IMG/VR virus record: IMGVR_UViG_3300005805_000101
Coordinates: 1 to 58,746 of that record
DNA from: a virus
Taxonomy: Duplodnaviria; Caudoviricetes
Length of the DNA stretch: 58,746 nucleotides
Strand: one strand, 5' to 3'
The stretch's first letter is position 1; each line of letters opens with the position of its first letter. The position numbers were made by a program, and so were the translations under genes. The notes beneath the pieces were generated by a model that was not told where the DNA came from, ran no database searches, and saw nothing but the letters and a program-made list of their open reading frames with translations. Positions 1 through 8,070 of the stretch are shown here, piece by piece.

Positions 1-337
1 TAAACCTACGTAGGTTTACTAGCCAGTGAAATTGAGGTGCTGTGTGTCTGTTTATAAACAGATGTTGAGTAGCAGCGAATAGAAAAGTATCTTTATCTAA
101 ATGGTGATTAAGCTCAATGATTGAGCTTAATCCAGAAAAAAATCTTTCAATAGGATCTCTAACAAATATTTCCACGGTATCCAGTGCAGGCAATTCTGTC
201 ATTGCCAGTACCCTAAATCCTGAATTACTTAAACTACTGTAACCGTTTTTAAAGATTGGATAAACGTACCGTTGCGGAGCAACTTCTAATACTTCGCAAC
301 GGTCCGGGAAAATAATGTTATCTAGTTGCGATAACAT
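1..337 (-). CDS. Sulfotransferase family-like protein (runs off the left edge of the window)
   Basis: Not in the ORF track; translated by hand from ATG at 337: MLSQLDNIIFPDRCEV...YPIFKNGYSSL...IFVRDPIERFFSG...RHTAPQFHW, open to position 1. IFKNGxSS and RDPxxRxxS resemble the 5'-PSB and 3'-PB PAPS-binding motifs. Confidence 0.65.
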   Translation of the reverse strand, partial: MLSQLDNIIFPDRCEVLEVAPQRYVYPIFKNGYSSLSNSGFRVLAMTELPALDTVEIFVRDPIERFFSGLSSIIELNHHLDKDTFLFAATQHLFINRHTAPQFHWLVNLRRF

Positions 338-348
338 CAGACACAACC

Positions 349-1338
349 TTACTTTGCTCGATTACGAATCATTGCCAGGATATCTTCAGCACGTTGGCTC
401 GAAGGTTTAGCTGCTGCGGTTTGTACAGGTGCAGTGGCAACTGCCGGTTCTTCGTCGACTTCAAACGGAGGATCTTCCGCCATTGGTGCGGGCTTGGTCG
501 CTTGAGGTGCTGGCGCAGAAGCCTCAGCATCATCATTACCACCTTTGCCTTGAAAGCCGCTAGGCTTGAAGTATTGACTCCAACGATCTGGGTCGTATGC
601 TTGACCATCTACACTTGCTTCGAACATTTCTTTAATAACCTTGAGTTCTACTTCTCCTGGACGCTTAGGCAAGAAGTCGCTTAGGTTGTAAAGACCAAAG
701 CTGTCAATTGCTGCTTGTTCTTGTGCAGTCAATGCAGTTTCTTTACGGCTCCACTTACTAGTTGAATAGTCAGCATAACCACCTTTTGATGTTTTAGTAA
801 CAGTAAAATCTAAACCAGCGGTGTAATCAGTTGGCATGCTTTCTAGCTCTGGGTCCATAAGTGCAGCCTTGATCAAATTAAAGATCTGGGGGCTGATAAC
901 AAATCTACGAATTGGATTCTCAGGTGTTTTGTCATCTGCTAGTGGGTTGTCTCTTACAAAACCTTGAAACAAGTATGATTTCTTTTTCCAATACTTACGA
1001 CCCATTTCTTCAAGACCGGGGTCTTTGAACCAGGTGCGAACTTCTGCTAGAATAGGACATGCATCACCATACATTTCTACACAAGGAACTTGAACTACAA
1101 CAGGCTTCGAATCTGCTTGTCCTTTAATTCCTGCAAACGGCAAGCGAATCATTAATCGTTCAACCCAAAAGAATGAATTGTTCGTGTTAGCGTCTGGTAG
1201 GAATCTAATTTTTGCACTAGAGCCTTCTGGAATGTTCCAGTGTGCATAGATGGCGTTGTCGCCTTGTGACTGTCCGCCTTGTTGACGGTTTTCTTGAGCT
1301 TGTAGTTTTGCTCGAATTTCTGCTAATGAAGTGGCCAT
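349..1338 (-). CDS. gp32: Single-stranded DNA-binding protein, T4 gp32 family
   Basis: IRFLPD...FFWVER, CVEMYGDACPI Zn-site, GLDFTVTKTSKGGYADYSTSKW, acidic/low-complexity tail; SD AAGGAG upstream. Confidence 0.93.
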   Translation of the reverse strand: MATSLAEIRAKLQAQENRQQGGQSQGDNAIYAHWNIPEGSSAKIRFLPDANTNNSFFWVERLMIRLPFAGIKGQADSKPVVVQVPCVEMYGDACPILAEVRTWFKDPGLEEMGRKYWKKKSYLFQGFVRDNPLADDKTPENPIRRFVISPQIFNLIKAALMDPELESMPTDYTAGLDFTVTKTSKGGYADYSTSKWSRKETALTAQEQAAIDSFGLYNLSDFLPKRPGEVELKVIKEMFEASVDGQAYDPDRWSQYFKPSGFQGKGGNDDAEASAPAPQATKPAPMAEDPPFEVDEEPAVATAPVQTAAAKPSSQRAEDILAMIRNRAK

Positions 1339-1401
1339 AATATATTCTCCTTAATAAATGCCATAATAGTTTGTGCCAAGATATACACAAGCATGTTTAC
1401 A

Positions 1402-1431
1402 AGTGTATAACAATAGTATTTATGCTGTCAA
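1402..1431 (-). promoter_or_regulatory. Overlapping sigma70-type and late-type promoter for gp32
   Basis: Minus strand TTGACA(1431-1426)-18 nt-TACACT(1407-1402), with a TAAATA box (1422-1417) inside the spacer. Confidence 0.6.
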
Positions 1432-1443
1432 AACAAATTTAGA

Positions 1444-2892
1444 TTATTTTTTACCTAAACCAGATAACCATTTAATAATGGATATTTCTTCATTAACTAC
1501 CGGTTCGTCCATTGTAGTAGCTCCGTAATTTTGCTGCGGAACGGCTGGGCTAATTGGTTGTGGTTGTGTTGGTTGATTCTGCTGAGTCAATACTTGCATA
1601 ATCATGTTTGCATGATCGCCGTGCCCGGTACTAGCTAGATATCCGGCCAATATTCTACGTGCATCTGCATCTGGTCCTTGACTTTGCGATAACTTGATTA
1701 ATGCCGAATGAAGTTTTTCATCGTCAAACATATTTTTTAATGCACCAATCGCATCAATCCCGTCAATACCAACTTGTATGGGGTATTGAATTAAATCTGC
1801 AAATTCAATTCCCATTCTACTGTCAGAATCATCTTCCTCGTCAACTTGCCAATTTGATATATCATTTGCCCACGATTCAAATTCCAGAGAATGTGGAGTA
1901 GACGATTCGTTGCGTTGTTTATATGCTCTATAAACATATGGTAAAGCTTCATTAAACCTGTCGTCGTATATTTTTTTGACAAACCTTTCTCTTAATGCAT
2001 CAATGTCAATATTATCTTCTAGTTGCACTCTAGTAGATAATTGATCCATTAAAAGATTATGTCCTTGTCTACCTTGGAATTTTTTTAAATTCTGTTTTAC
2101 TTCATTGTATCTATGTATAGCTGCTTCAACCATACCAGTTGTTTCTGCATCTTCAAAAGTTCTATTTCTCATACTTCTCACAAAATGACGCATACTGGCC
2201 ATTTCACGAACCATTTCGTTGATAAGTTCGCTGCCTTCGTCGCCAAATCGTCCACCATGGCGTAAATGGTTGGCTATTGCTCTTGCACCATGTAAGTTTG
2301 TATGATCTAGTAAAAATCTTTCACCAATTGGCGTTTCTACAAAAATGTGTTCAATTTGTCTAGAACGAGCTCCGTGGATATCGGGATTAATTTGATCTCT
2401 GTGCTTTATAATTAGTTTATGTGTACCAACATCACCAAAACTTACATGTTTGTTATTTCCCGGTCCATATAAACGACTTTCGGTAATTTCTAATTCGTCT
2501 TTTGTAAATGTTGAATCAGAAGCACTCTGTTGTTTCAGATCTTTAAGATCTAAGTTACTACGGTTTATATCTCTAACATCAAAAGTTAACATATTTCGTT
2601 TAGCAAAAGTTTTCAAACTCCGTAAAAAATTATACCATTCTTGTTCTTGTTCTTCGTCTAAATTTGCAGTTATATTTGAGCTAAAGTATATTTTTAGAGA
2701 ATTCTCGTCAATTAAACTTATGGTAATATTTCCAAAATTTTCGCCATTTTTGCTTAAGTAATCAAAATTAAAAAATCTAGCTTGGCTAGAATCAGTTATA
2801 CGCTCAGCATTTTCGTTGCCAATACTGACATGATCGAATCTTGCACGTATTTTATCAAAAAGTTCTTCGGATATTTTATCTAATTCACGCAT
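1444..2892 (-). CDS. Conserved-looking phage hypothetical protein, possible head-associated/internal protein
   Basis: 482-aa ORF; TAAATA box 7 nt before ATG; C-terminus EISIIKWLSGLGKK resembles the ends of the 10263 and 12005 ORFs. Confidence 0.6.
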   Translation of the reverse strand: MRELDKISEELFDKIRARFDHVSIGNENAERITDSSQARFFNFDYLSKNGENFGNITISLIDENSLKIYFSSNITANLDEEQEQEWYNFLRSLKTFAKRNMLTFDVRDINRSNLDLKDLKQQSASDSTFTKDELEITESRLYGPGNNKHVSFGDVGTHKLIIKHRDQINPDIHGARSRQIEHIFVETPIGERFLLDHTNLHGARAIANHLRHGGRFGDEGSELINEMVREMASMRHFVRSMRNRTFEDAETTGMVEAAIHRYNEVKQNLKKFQGRQGHNLLMDQLSTRVQLEDNIDIDALRERFVKKIYDDRFNEALPYVYRAYKQRNESSTPHSLEFESWANDISNWQVDEEDDSDSRMGIEFADLIQYPIQVGIDGIDAIGALKNMFDDEKLHSALIKLSQSQGPDADARRILAGYLASTGHGDHANMIMQVLTQQNQPTQPQPISPAVPQQNYGATTMDEPVVNEEISIIKWLSGLGKK

Positions 2893-2915
2893 AATATATT
2901 ATTTATGGTATTTTA

Positions 2916-4484
2916 TCAAATCATAATAAATGGCATGGGCGCGATATAATCATCGATGCTATCTCGCAGTTTTTCATCCAGTTCTGCATCGTAATTTTGT
3001 AAGGATTGTACCATACGTAATACCAACAAAGTTGCTGTTACTAAATCATCAGTTTCGCCTAATTTTGCTGCAAATCCCGGACCATCTGCTACAAAAGTCT
3101 TTAGCTCGCTAATTAAATTTTTGCTGTTAATTTTCATTTTTTTATTTTCAACTAAGTTTTTTAACTTAGCACAAACTGAAATTTTTGCTTTGTTAGTTGT
3201 GGTAAAACCTTTACGATGTAAACGGACTTGTCCTGGTTTTACAGGTTGACTTAAAAAAATTCCTCGAATATTTTCTTCTCCAATTTGGGAGATCGTAATT
3301 AATGCAGCTTCCCCTAGTGTATTATTTTCCACACTATAGTATATATCGTTTTGAGTCCCAATTGTATCATATAGATATTCGCATATTTCTTTTAGAATTA
3401 CGATTTGTCGTTGTATTGGAGTGGTGTTATTCTGCCACTCTCCTATTTGTATCATTGTAGGAAGTTCAAAAATCTCTATAGCAGCAGGATCTCCTCCGGT
3501 CCCAAGACTAGGATCTAAACCAACCACATAGGTACGATTTTTTTGAGGTTTTTGATACCAACGTACTTGTCCTTGTCGTTCAATTGGATCGCTGCTTTCG
3601 AGCTCGGATAAGGTAATAGAATTAATCAATGTTTCGTCGTAAATTAAGAATTCACAACCGTGTTCACGTCTGAAACGTTCTTCTCCAATACGTCCAATTT
3701 CTTCCGCCTTCCATTGCTCGTCACGATCAGGATGTTCCCACCAATTGGCTTTATACCCTTTAAATCCATTTACTCCTAATTTATCTTTTCTTTCATTACC
3801 AAATTCATCTATTGTTTTGTTTGCTTGTTTCCAAATAAACGCAAATTGGTCTTCGTCACTATTTGGGGTACTAGTAATAATTGCTTTACCACCAGTGCTT
3901 AATGTAGGAGATATGGATGTCCAGAATTCCTTAGCAATAGTAGGGCGAACAAACGCAAATTCGTCACAATATAATAGTGTAATACTCATACCTCTACCAG
4001 TTGTTTCGGTGGTGGTTTGACTAACAATACGACTTCCGTTTTCAAAATCAATTGACCCTTTATTATAGCTTGTTACTCCGGCACGTATCCAATCAGGGCA
4101 CAACTCATATGCATAACGCACACGTTGCATAATTTCTTGAGCCCCGGTGTATTTGTGTGCTGCAATTAATATGGTTGAATCCGGTTTAAACATAGCATAC
4201 CACAACAAATATCCGGCGGCAGAAGTAGTTTTGCCAGTCTGTCTAGGCATCAACGAAATACTGAATCTATTATTGTGATAAGTATCTATTAGTCTTTGTT
4301 GATATTCAAACGGTTGATACAGCATTTTACCCCGAACCGGGTGCTGAATGTAAAAATAGTTACTCATGAAATATTCCGGTCCTGTGTCCGGATCTGCACA
4401 CTTCATAAATTCTACTATTTGTTCTTCAGAAAAATTGACTTTTTGGTACGGAGACTTTATAATAGTAGTTTCACTGTTTTTCAT
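2916..4484 (-). CDS. gp17: Terminase large subunit (T4 gp17-like)
   Basis: Walker A PRQTGKTT, Walker B LLYCDEFAF, ITSTPN coupling motif, RFRREHGCEF, nuclease GLDPSLGTGGD and VENN, DDLV. Confidence 0.96.
   Translation of the reverse strand: MKNSETTIIKSPYQKVNFSEEQIVEFMKCADPDTGPEYFMSNYFYIQHPVRGKMLYQPFEYQQRLIDTYHNNRFSISLMPRQTGKTTSAAGYLLWYAMFKPDSTILIAAHKYTGAQEIMQRVRYAYELCPDWIRAGVTSYNKGSIDFENGSRIVSQTTTETTGRGMSITLLYCDEFAFVRPTIAKEFWTSISPTLSTGGKAIITSTPNSDEDQFAFIWKQANKTIDEFGNERKDKLGVNGFKGYKANWWEHPDRDEQWKAEEIGRIGEERFRREHGCEFLIYDETLINSITLSELESSDPIERQGQVRWYQKPQKNRTYVVGLDPSLGTGGDPAAIEIFELPTMIQIGEWQNNTTPIQRQIVILKEICEYLYDTIGTQNDIYYSVENNTLGEAALITISQIGEENIRGIFLSQPVKPGQVRLHRKGFTTTNKAKISVCAKLKNLVENKKMKINSKNLISELKTFVADGPGFAAKLGETDDLVTATLLVLRMVQSLQNYDAELDEKLRDSIDDYIAPMPFIMI
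4435..4463 (+). promoter_or_regulatory. Sigma70 consensus promoter driving the HNH gene, lying inside the terminase 5' end
   Basis: TTGACT(4435-4440)-17 nt-TATAAT(4458-4463). Confidence 0.75.
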
Positions 4485-4494
4485 ATTATTACTT

Positions 4495-5025
4495 ATGAGT
4501 CACACCTTACTTTTAAACAAAGATTATACACCTATTAGTGTTTTGCCACTTAGTGTAATCCATTGGCAGCATGCTATAAAACTTATGTATCTTGGTCGTA
4601 TTCAAGTAATTGAAACGTACCCAGACTGGATTATTCGTTCTGAGAAATTAGCTATAAATGTTCCAAGTGTAGCTCTAACTAAAGAATATTTTAACTTTAA
4701 GCGTCGAGTAAATTTTACACGTTACAATATGTATCTGCGTGATCTGTACCAATGCCAATATTGTCTAGATACTTTTGATTTTGATCAATTGACTATTGAT
4801 CACGTTGTTCCTTTGAGTCGAGGTGGCAGAACCGAATGGACTAATTGTGTCACTAGTTGTAAATCATGCAATTGGCACAAGGCCGATAAAAGTAACATTA
4901 AGCCTATTAGACAACCGTATAGACCCGATTACTATGCACTAGCTGCCGCATGGAAACACAGTCCATTTAGAGTCAAAGATACTAAATGGAATCAATATTT
5001 AGGTAGAGATGCGGATGTTGCTTGA
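4495..5025 (+). CDS. HNH endonuclease (McrA-like, Zn-finger)
   Basis: Probable start ATG 4495 (MSHTLLLNKDY). RDLYQCQYC...LTIDHVVPLSRGG..EWTNCVTSCKSCN has the catalytic His and Cys pairs intact. Confidence 0.88.
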   Translation: MSHTLLLNKDYTPISVLPLSVIHWQHAIKLMYLGRIQVIETYPDWIIRSEKLAINVPSVALTKEYFNFKRRVNFTRYNMYLRDLYQCQYCLDTFDFDQLTIDHVVPLSRGGRTEWTNCVTSCKSCNWHKADKSNIKPIRQPYRPDYYALAAAWKHSPFRVKDTKWNQYLGRDADVA

Positions 5026-5357
5026 CCTACTGTGCCTATATCGGGATCAGTATCCCACGGATCGTGTTGTCCAGGCACAAACTTAGGTTTTTTTAATTTG
5101 TCTGCATCCAAAGGCACGGCATTAGGATCGTCCTGTGATGGATCATATAGTTTTGGTTTATTTGGTAATTGTCCAAAAGTTTTAACGTGTCGCTTGTAGT
5201 CGTCCCAGGTGTCGCCAATATCTGATGGTTCTCCTTGTAGATCATCGGGTGTTCTTCCATAAAACTTTTGTCTTTGTTGCGTTTTTTGAAAAGCATCAAT
5301 TGTTTGTTGAAAAGCTTGATCTTTATCGAACTCGCGAAGTATTTCATTGATTTTCAT
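4992..5357 (-). CDS. Hypothetical protein with MKINEILRE leader (putative internal head protein)
   Basis: 121-aa ORF; ATGA overlap with the upstream gene; N-terminus shared with the 12005..13660 ORF. Confidence 0.6.
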   Translation of the reverse strand: MKINEILREFDKDQAFQQTIDAFQKTQQRQKFYGRTPDDLQGEPSDIGDTWDDYKRHVKTFGQLPNKPKLYDPSQDDPNAVPLDADKLKKPKFVPGQHDPWDTDPDIGTVGQATSASLPKY

Positions 5358-5563
5358 ATTGGCTTTTCTCCGGTTAAGTAAGGCTTGCTAAACCATAACT
5401 TAAACCATTCTTGGGTGCCAGGACGAATATCATGTTTTTTCATGAGTTCGCCTTTTTCATTTCCAGTCACTGAGATATTACTACCAGGAAAACCCTTATA
5501 TTCTTGCATTACTGCACGATTGGTTATTCCTGCTAGTGTTTTAAGTTCTTCAATGCTGTCCAT
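5354..5563 (-). CDS. Small hypothetical protein
   Basis: 69 aa; ELKTLAGI motif; C-terminal IRPGTQEWFKLWFSKPYLTGE; translationally coupled to the next gene. Confidence 0.6.
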   Translation of the reverse strand: MDSIEELKTLAGITNRAVMQEYKGFPGSNISVTGNEKGELMKKHDIRPGTQEWFKLWFSKPYLTGEKPI

Positions 5564-5592
5564 ATGGTACTACCGGAAGATCGTCGTCCGGA

Positions 5593-6390
5593 TTATCCTT
5601 TGCACTTGGCTCTCTTTGCATTTGTTAATGCTCCATAATCTACAGGCCATTCACTTCCCACTGACAATTCTGTTACCCCGGGAGGGAAAGCAAAAATTGT
5701 TCCTGCTTTCTGCTGAATAGCAGCTATACTAGCCCGTACTTTAGTTAGATCGTTTCCTTGATTACCTTCGTGTTTAAAATACCAACCGGCTGCCTGTTTT
5801 GTATTTTGGTTAACAACAATTTTATAGAAACCACTAGGTACCACAACTCCGTTGCCAATTTTCTTATCAGTGGCAGTATCATAAACTGCACCTACATATA
5901 TGTTATATGTATTGTTTGTTTGAACTGCCCATCCACGCACTGATGTCTCTAACAGTTTCCAAATACCTCTATTGAGACCACCTAGTTGCGGAAACATATT
6001 GGTCATTAAGAAACTTTCGTATTCTACTTGTTCATCCCAACTCAAATCGCCGTCCGGTGCAGCATGACCCTTATCATATCCTGTACCAGCATAATCTTCG
6101 GGGCGAGGTCCATTTTTAACACTGGCGTCGGCTACAAAAGCATTTGTTCTTGGCCAGCATCCTAATGCGTTTGCTGGAGTTAGTGTATATGTAACATGAT
6201 TAGGAATTTTAGCAGCGGGGTCATATCCCACATAATAAGCACGACGACAGATTGAAGTAACTGCTCTGTTGGCCTGTGGAAATCCGTATGGGTTGTGTAC
6301 CTGGCACTTTTCCACTGGTAATGGGGGTGTCTGTGTCCAACCAAAAGCTAACGAGGGTAATAATAATATTGCAAAAAACAATTTTTTCAT
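5593..6390 (-). CDS. DNA/RNA non-specific endonuclease (NucA/EndA family) with Sec signal peptide
   Basis: GYDKGH (DRGH-type) active site, ESFLMTNMFPQ..LNRGIW..LE, VVVPSGFYKIV; N-terminus MKKLFFAILLLPSLAFG; SD AAGGAG and TAAATA box at 6413-6408. Confidence 0.92.
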   Translation of the reverse strand: MKKLFFAILLLPSLAFGWTQTPPLPVEKCQVHNPYGFPQANRAVTSICRRAYYVGYDPAAKIPNHVTYTLTPANALGCWPRTNAFVADASVKNGPRPEDYAGTGYDKGHAAPDGDLSWDEQVEYESFLMTNMFPQLGGLNRGIWKLLETSVRGWAVQTNNTYNIYVGAVYDTATDKKIGNGVVVPSGFYKIVVNQNTKQAAGWYFKHEGNQGNDLTKVRASIAAIQQKAGTIFAFPPGVTELSVGSEWPVDYGALTNAKRAKCKG

Positions 6391-6402
6391 TGAAATCTCC
6401 TT

Positions 6403-7536
6403 TTAGTTATTTATTAATGTCCAAAACTCTGGATGAGTATTTGGATACGATGTATTTGTAAGTGCGTCGTATTTTTTAACGTAACTAATAAATTCATTGT
6501 AAGGATTAGACTTAGTAGTCTTTACATAATTTTGCACAAAACTCAATTCTGAAATTTCCTGGAATTTTTTAACAATTATATCATAATGAGTTTGATCTAA
6601 AAACTCAGCCGAACAGTCAGCCATTCCTGTATTAAAAGCACTATAGTTTCGATATAAACCGGGGAATTGATAAGCTAAATTTTTATAAATTTCATCTAGG
6701 TAAAAAATATTAAACAGACTATATGTAATGTTAAATCCGTAGTCAGCATTTAAATTATGTTGAAACCATTTTATATTTTTAACTACTTCGTTCCAATTAG
6801 CTCCCCGTCGTTGATATTCAAATCTTTTCTCTATATCGTCGATACTAAAAAATAATTTTACATCGCCACACTTATTTAGAATCTCAACAAACTTATTATT
6901 TGGAAGAACTGTGCCGTTAGTAAAAATCATTACACTCAAATCATTGTATGTTCTGTATTTTCCTAAGTTTTCAAAAAATTTTTGATAACCTTCCTCTAAG
7001 AAAATTTCGCCTCCTTGCAATTGAACCGTTTTTAATTGCATGAATAATTGCGGATCGTCGATTGATTTTCGATCGCGAGGTTTATATTTAAAAATAGTAT
7101 CAACTTTATTCCATCCTCGTTCTGCAATTGGTACCCAACTTGAGCTGTTAAATGGTCCGCAAATTGCACAACTTAAATTACATAAGGTACCTAAATTTAA
7201 ATCTAAATGATTAATTGTTTGGACTTCTGTGCCGTATTTGGCAATAGCACTTTTTCTTGGGCTATGTGATAAAGTTTCTTCGAGGTTATAGCAATAACTA
7301 CAACCAGATAATTTTTGACCTTGTAAACTTTTTATTCTAATAGGTTGATGTTTTAGATTTAAATCGTTGTAAATGTTATTAAAATTTTCTAAGGTATCTG
7401 TATTGTCGGGTCTAAAATAGCAACAAGGTTTGTAAGAAAATTTTTCATTTTGTTGAGAAATATATGCCCGGGACCAAAGTTCCGGGCAATATGAATTTTC
7501 ATTGAGTGGGTTTAATTGAATTTTTTCCGGAATCAT
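6403..7536 (-). CDS. Radical SAM protein with N-terminal Cys-rich (SPASM/twitch-like) region
   Basis: CNLSCAIC (CxxxCxxC), LQGGE, FTNGT, FSIDD; N-terminal YCPELW...PCC...CSYC. Confidence 0.85.
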   Translation of the reverse strand: MIPEKIQLNPLNENSYCPELWSRAYISQQNEKFSYKPCCYFRPDNTDTLENFNNIYNDLNLKHQPIRIKSLQGQKLSGCSYCYNLEETLSHSPRKSAIAKYGTEVQTINHLDLNLGTLCNLSCAICGPFNSSSWVPIAERGWNKVDTIFKYKPRDRKSIDDPQLFMQLKTVQLQGGEIFLEEGYQKFFENLGKYRTYNDLSVMIFTNGTVLPNNKFVEILNKCGDVKLFFSIDDIEKRFEYQRRGANWNEVVKNIKWFQHNLNADYGFNITYSLFNIFYLDEIYKNLAYQFPGLYRNYSAFNTGMADCSAEFLDQTHYDIIVKKFQEISELSFVQNYVKTTKSNPYNEFISYVKKYDALTNTSYPNTHPEFWTLINN

Positions 7537-7539
7537 TAA

Positions 7540-8070
7540 TTACCAGGATCTGCAGCTCCAATATCTTGCTTTCCAGCGTGGTCCGGGATTATCACAGTTG
7601 TGTCTTGCACGAAAACTTTTACGACGCTTAGGATTACTTTTCTTGATACGCATGTTAGGATCACCAAATTCTACTTTGACAATGTTACCGTTTGGCTTTC
7701 TTACATATACCTTAGATTTCTTTACGTCGCCCTTCATTTTCTTACCCAAGGGAACATTACGACCTCTATATTCTGCTTCTTCTAAGTCATTGTCTGGACT
7801 AGTTTCATTATTAACGTTGCTGTGTATTGGACTAATTGTGCTTGTTGCAGGGGGCATGCCTGTTGGATTTTCTATTAAATATCCTACATGTTCTAAAATT
7901 GTCATTATTGTGTCATCTGCTTCAACAACAATCCCATCCTCTAATACATCAACTACAACTGTTTCTATTAGAGTTTCGTCACGAGCAATTTCCATTTCGA
8001 ATATATCACCAACAATAGGATGCTCATAGGATTCTTCTACTTGTTCAATATATTCTAATAGAGATTTCAT
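7540..8070 (-). CDS. Hypothetical protein, acidic N-half and very basic Cys/His C-terminal domain
   Basis: C-terminal KVEFGDPNMRIKKSNPKRRKSFRARHNC..PGPRWKARYWSCRSW follows DLEE; basic module of a kind seen in T4-like phages. Confidence 0.65.
   Translation of the reverse strand: MKSLLEYIEQVEESYEHPIVGDIFEMEIARDETLIETVVVDVLEDGIVVEADDTIMTILEHVGYLIENPTGMPPATSTISPIHSNVNNETSPDNDLEEAEYRGRNVPLGKKMKGDVKKSKVYVRKPNGNIVKVEFGDPNMRIKKSNPKRRKSFRARHNCDNPGPRWKARYWSCRSW

Noticed and set aside
1-132. Palindrome at 1-18 and 12-bp inverted repeat at 106-132
   Set aside because: Both lie inside the sulfotransferase-like reading frame with no U-tract; no evidence of function.
4366-4494. Longer 219-aa version of the HNH ORF
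   Set aside because: The extension overlaps the terminase antisense and lies upstream of the predicted TSS; ATG 4495 fits the family N-terminus.
5573-5591. CCGGA...TCCGG hairpin after the nuclease gene
   Set aside because: Short interrupted stem with no U-tract; not enough to call a terminator.
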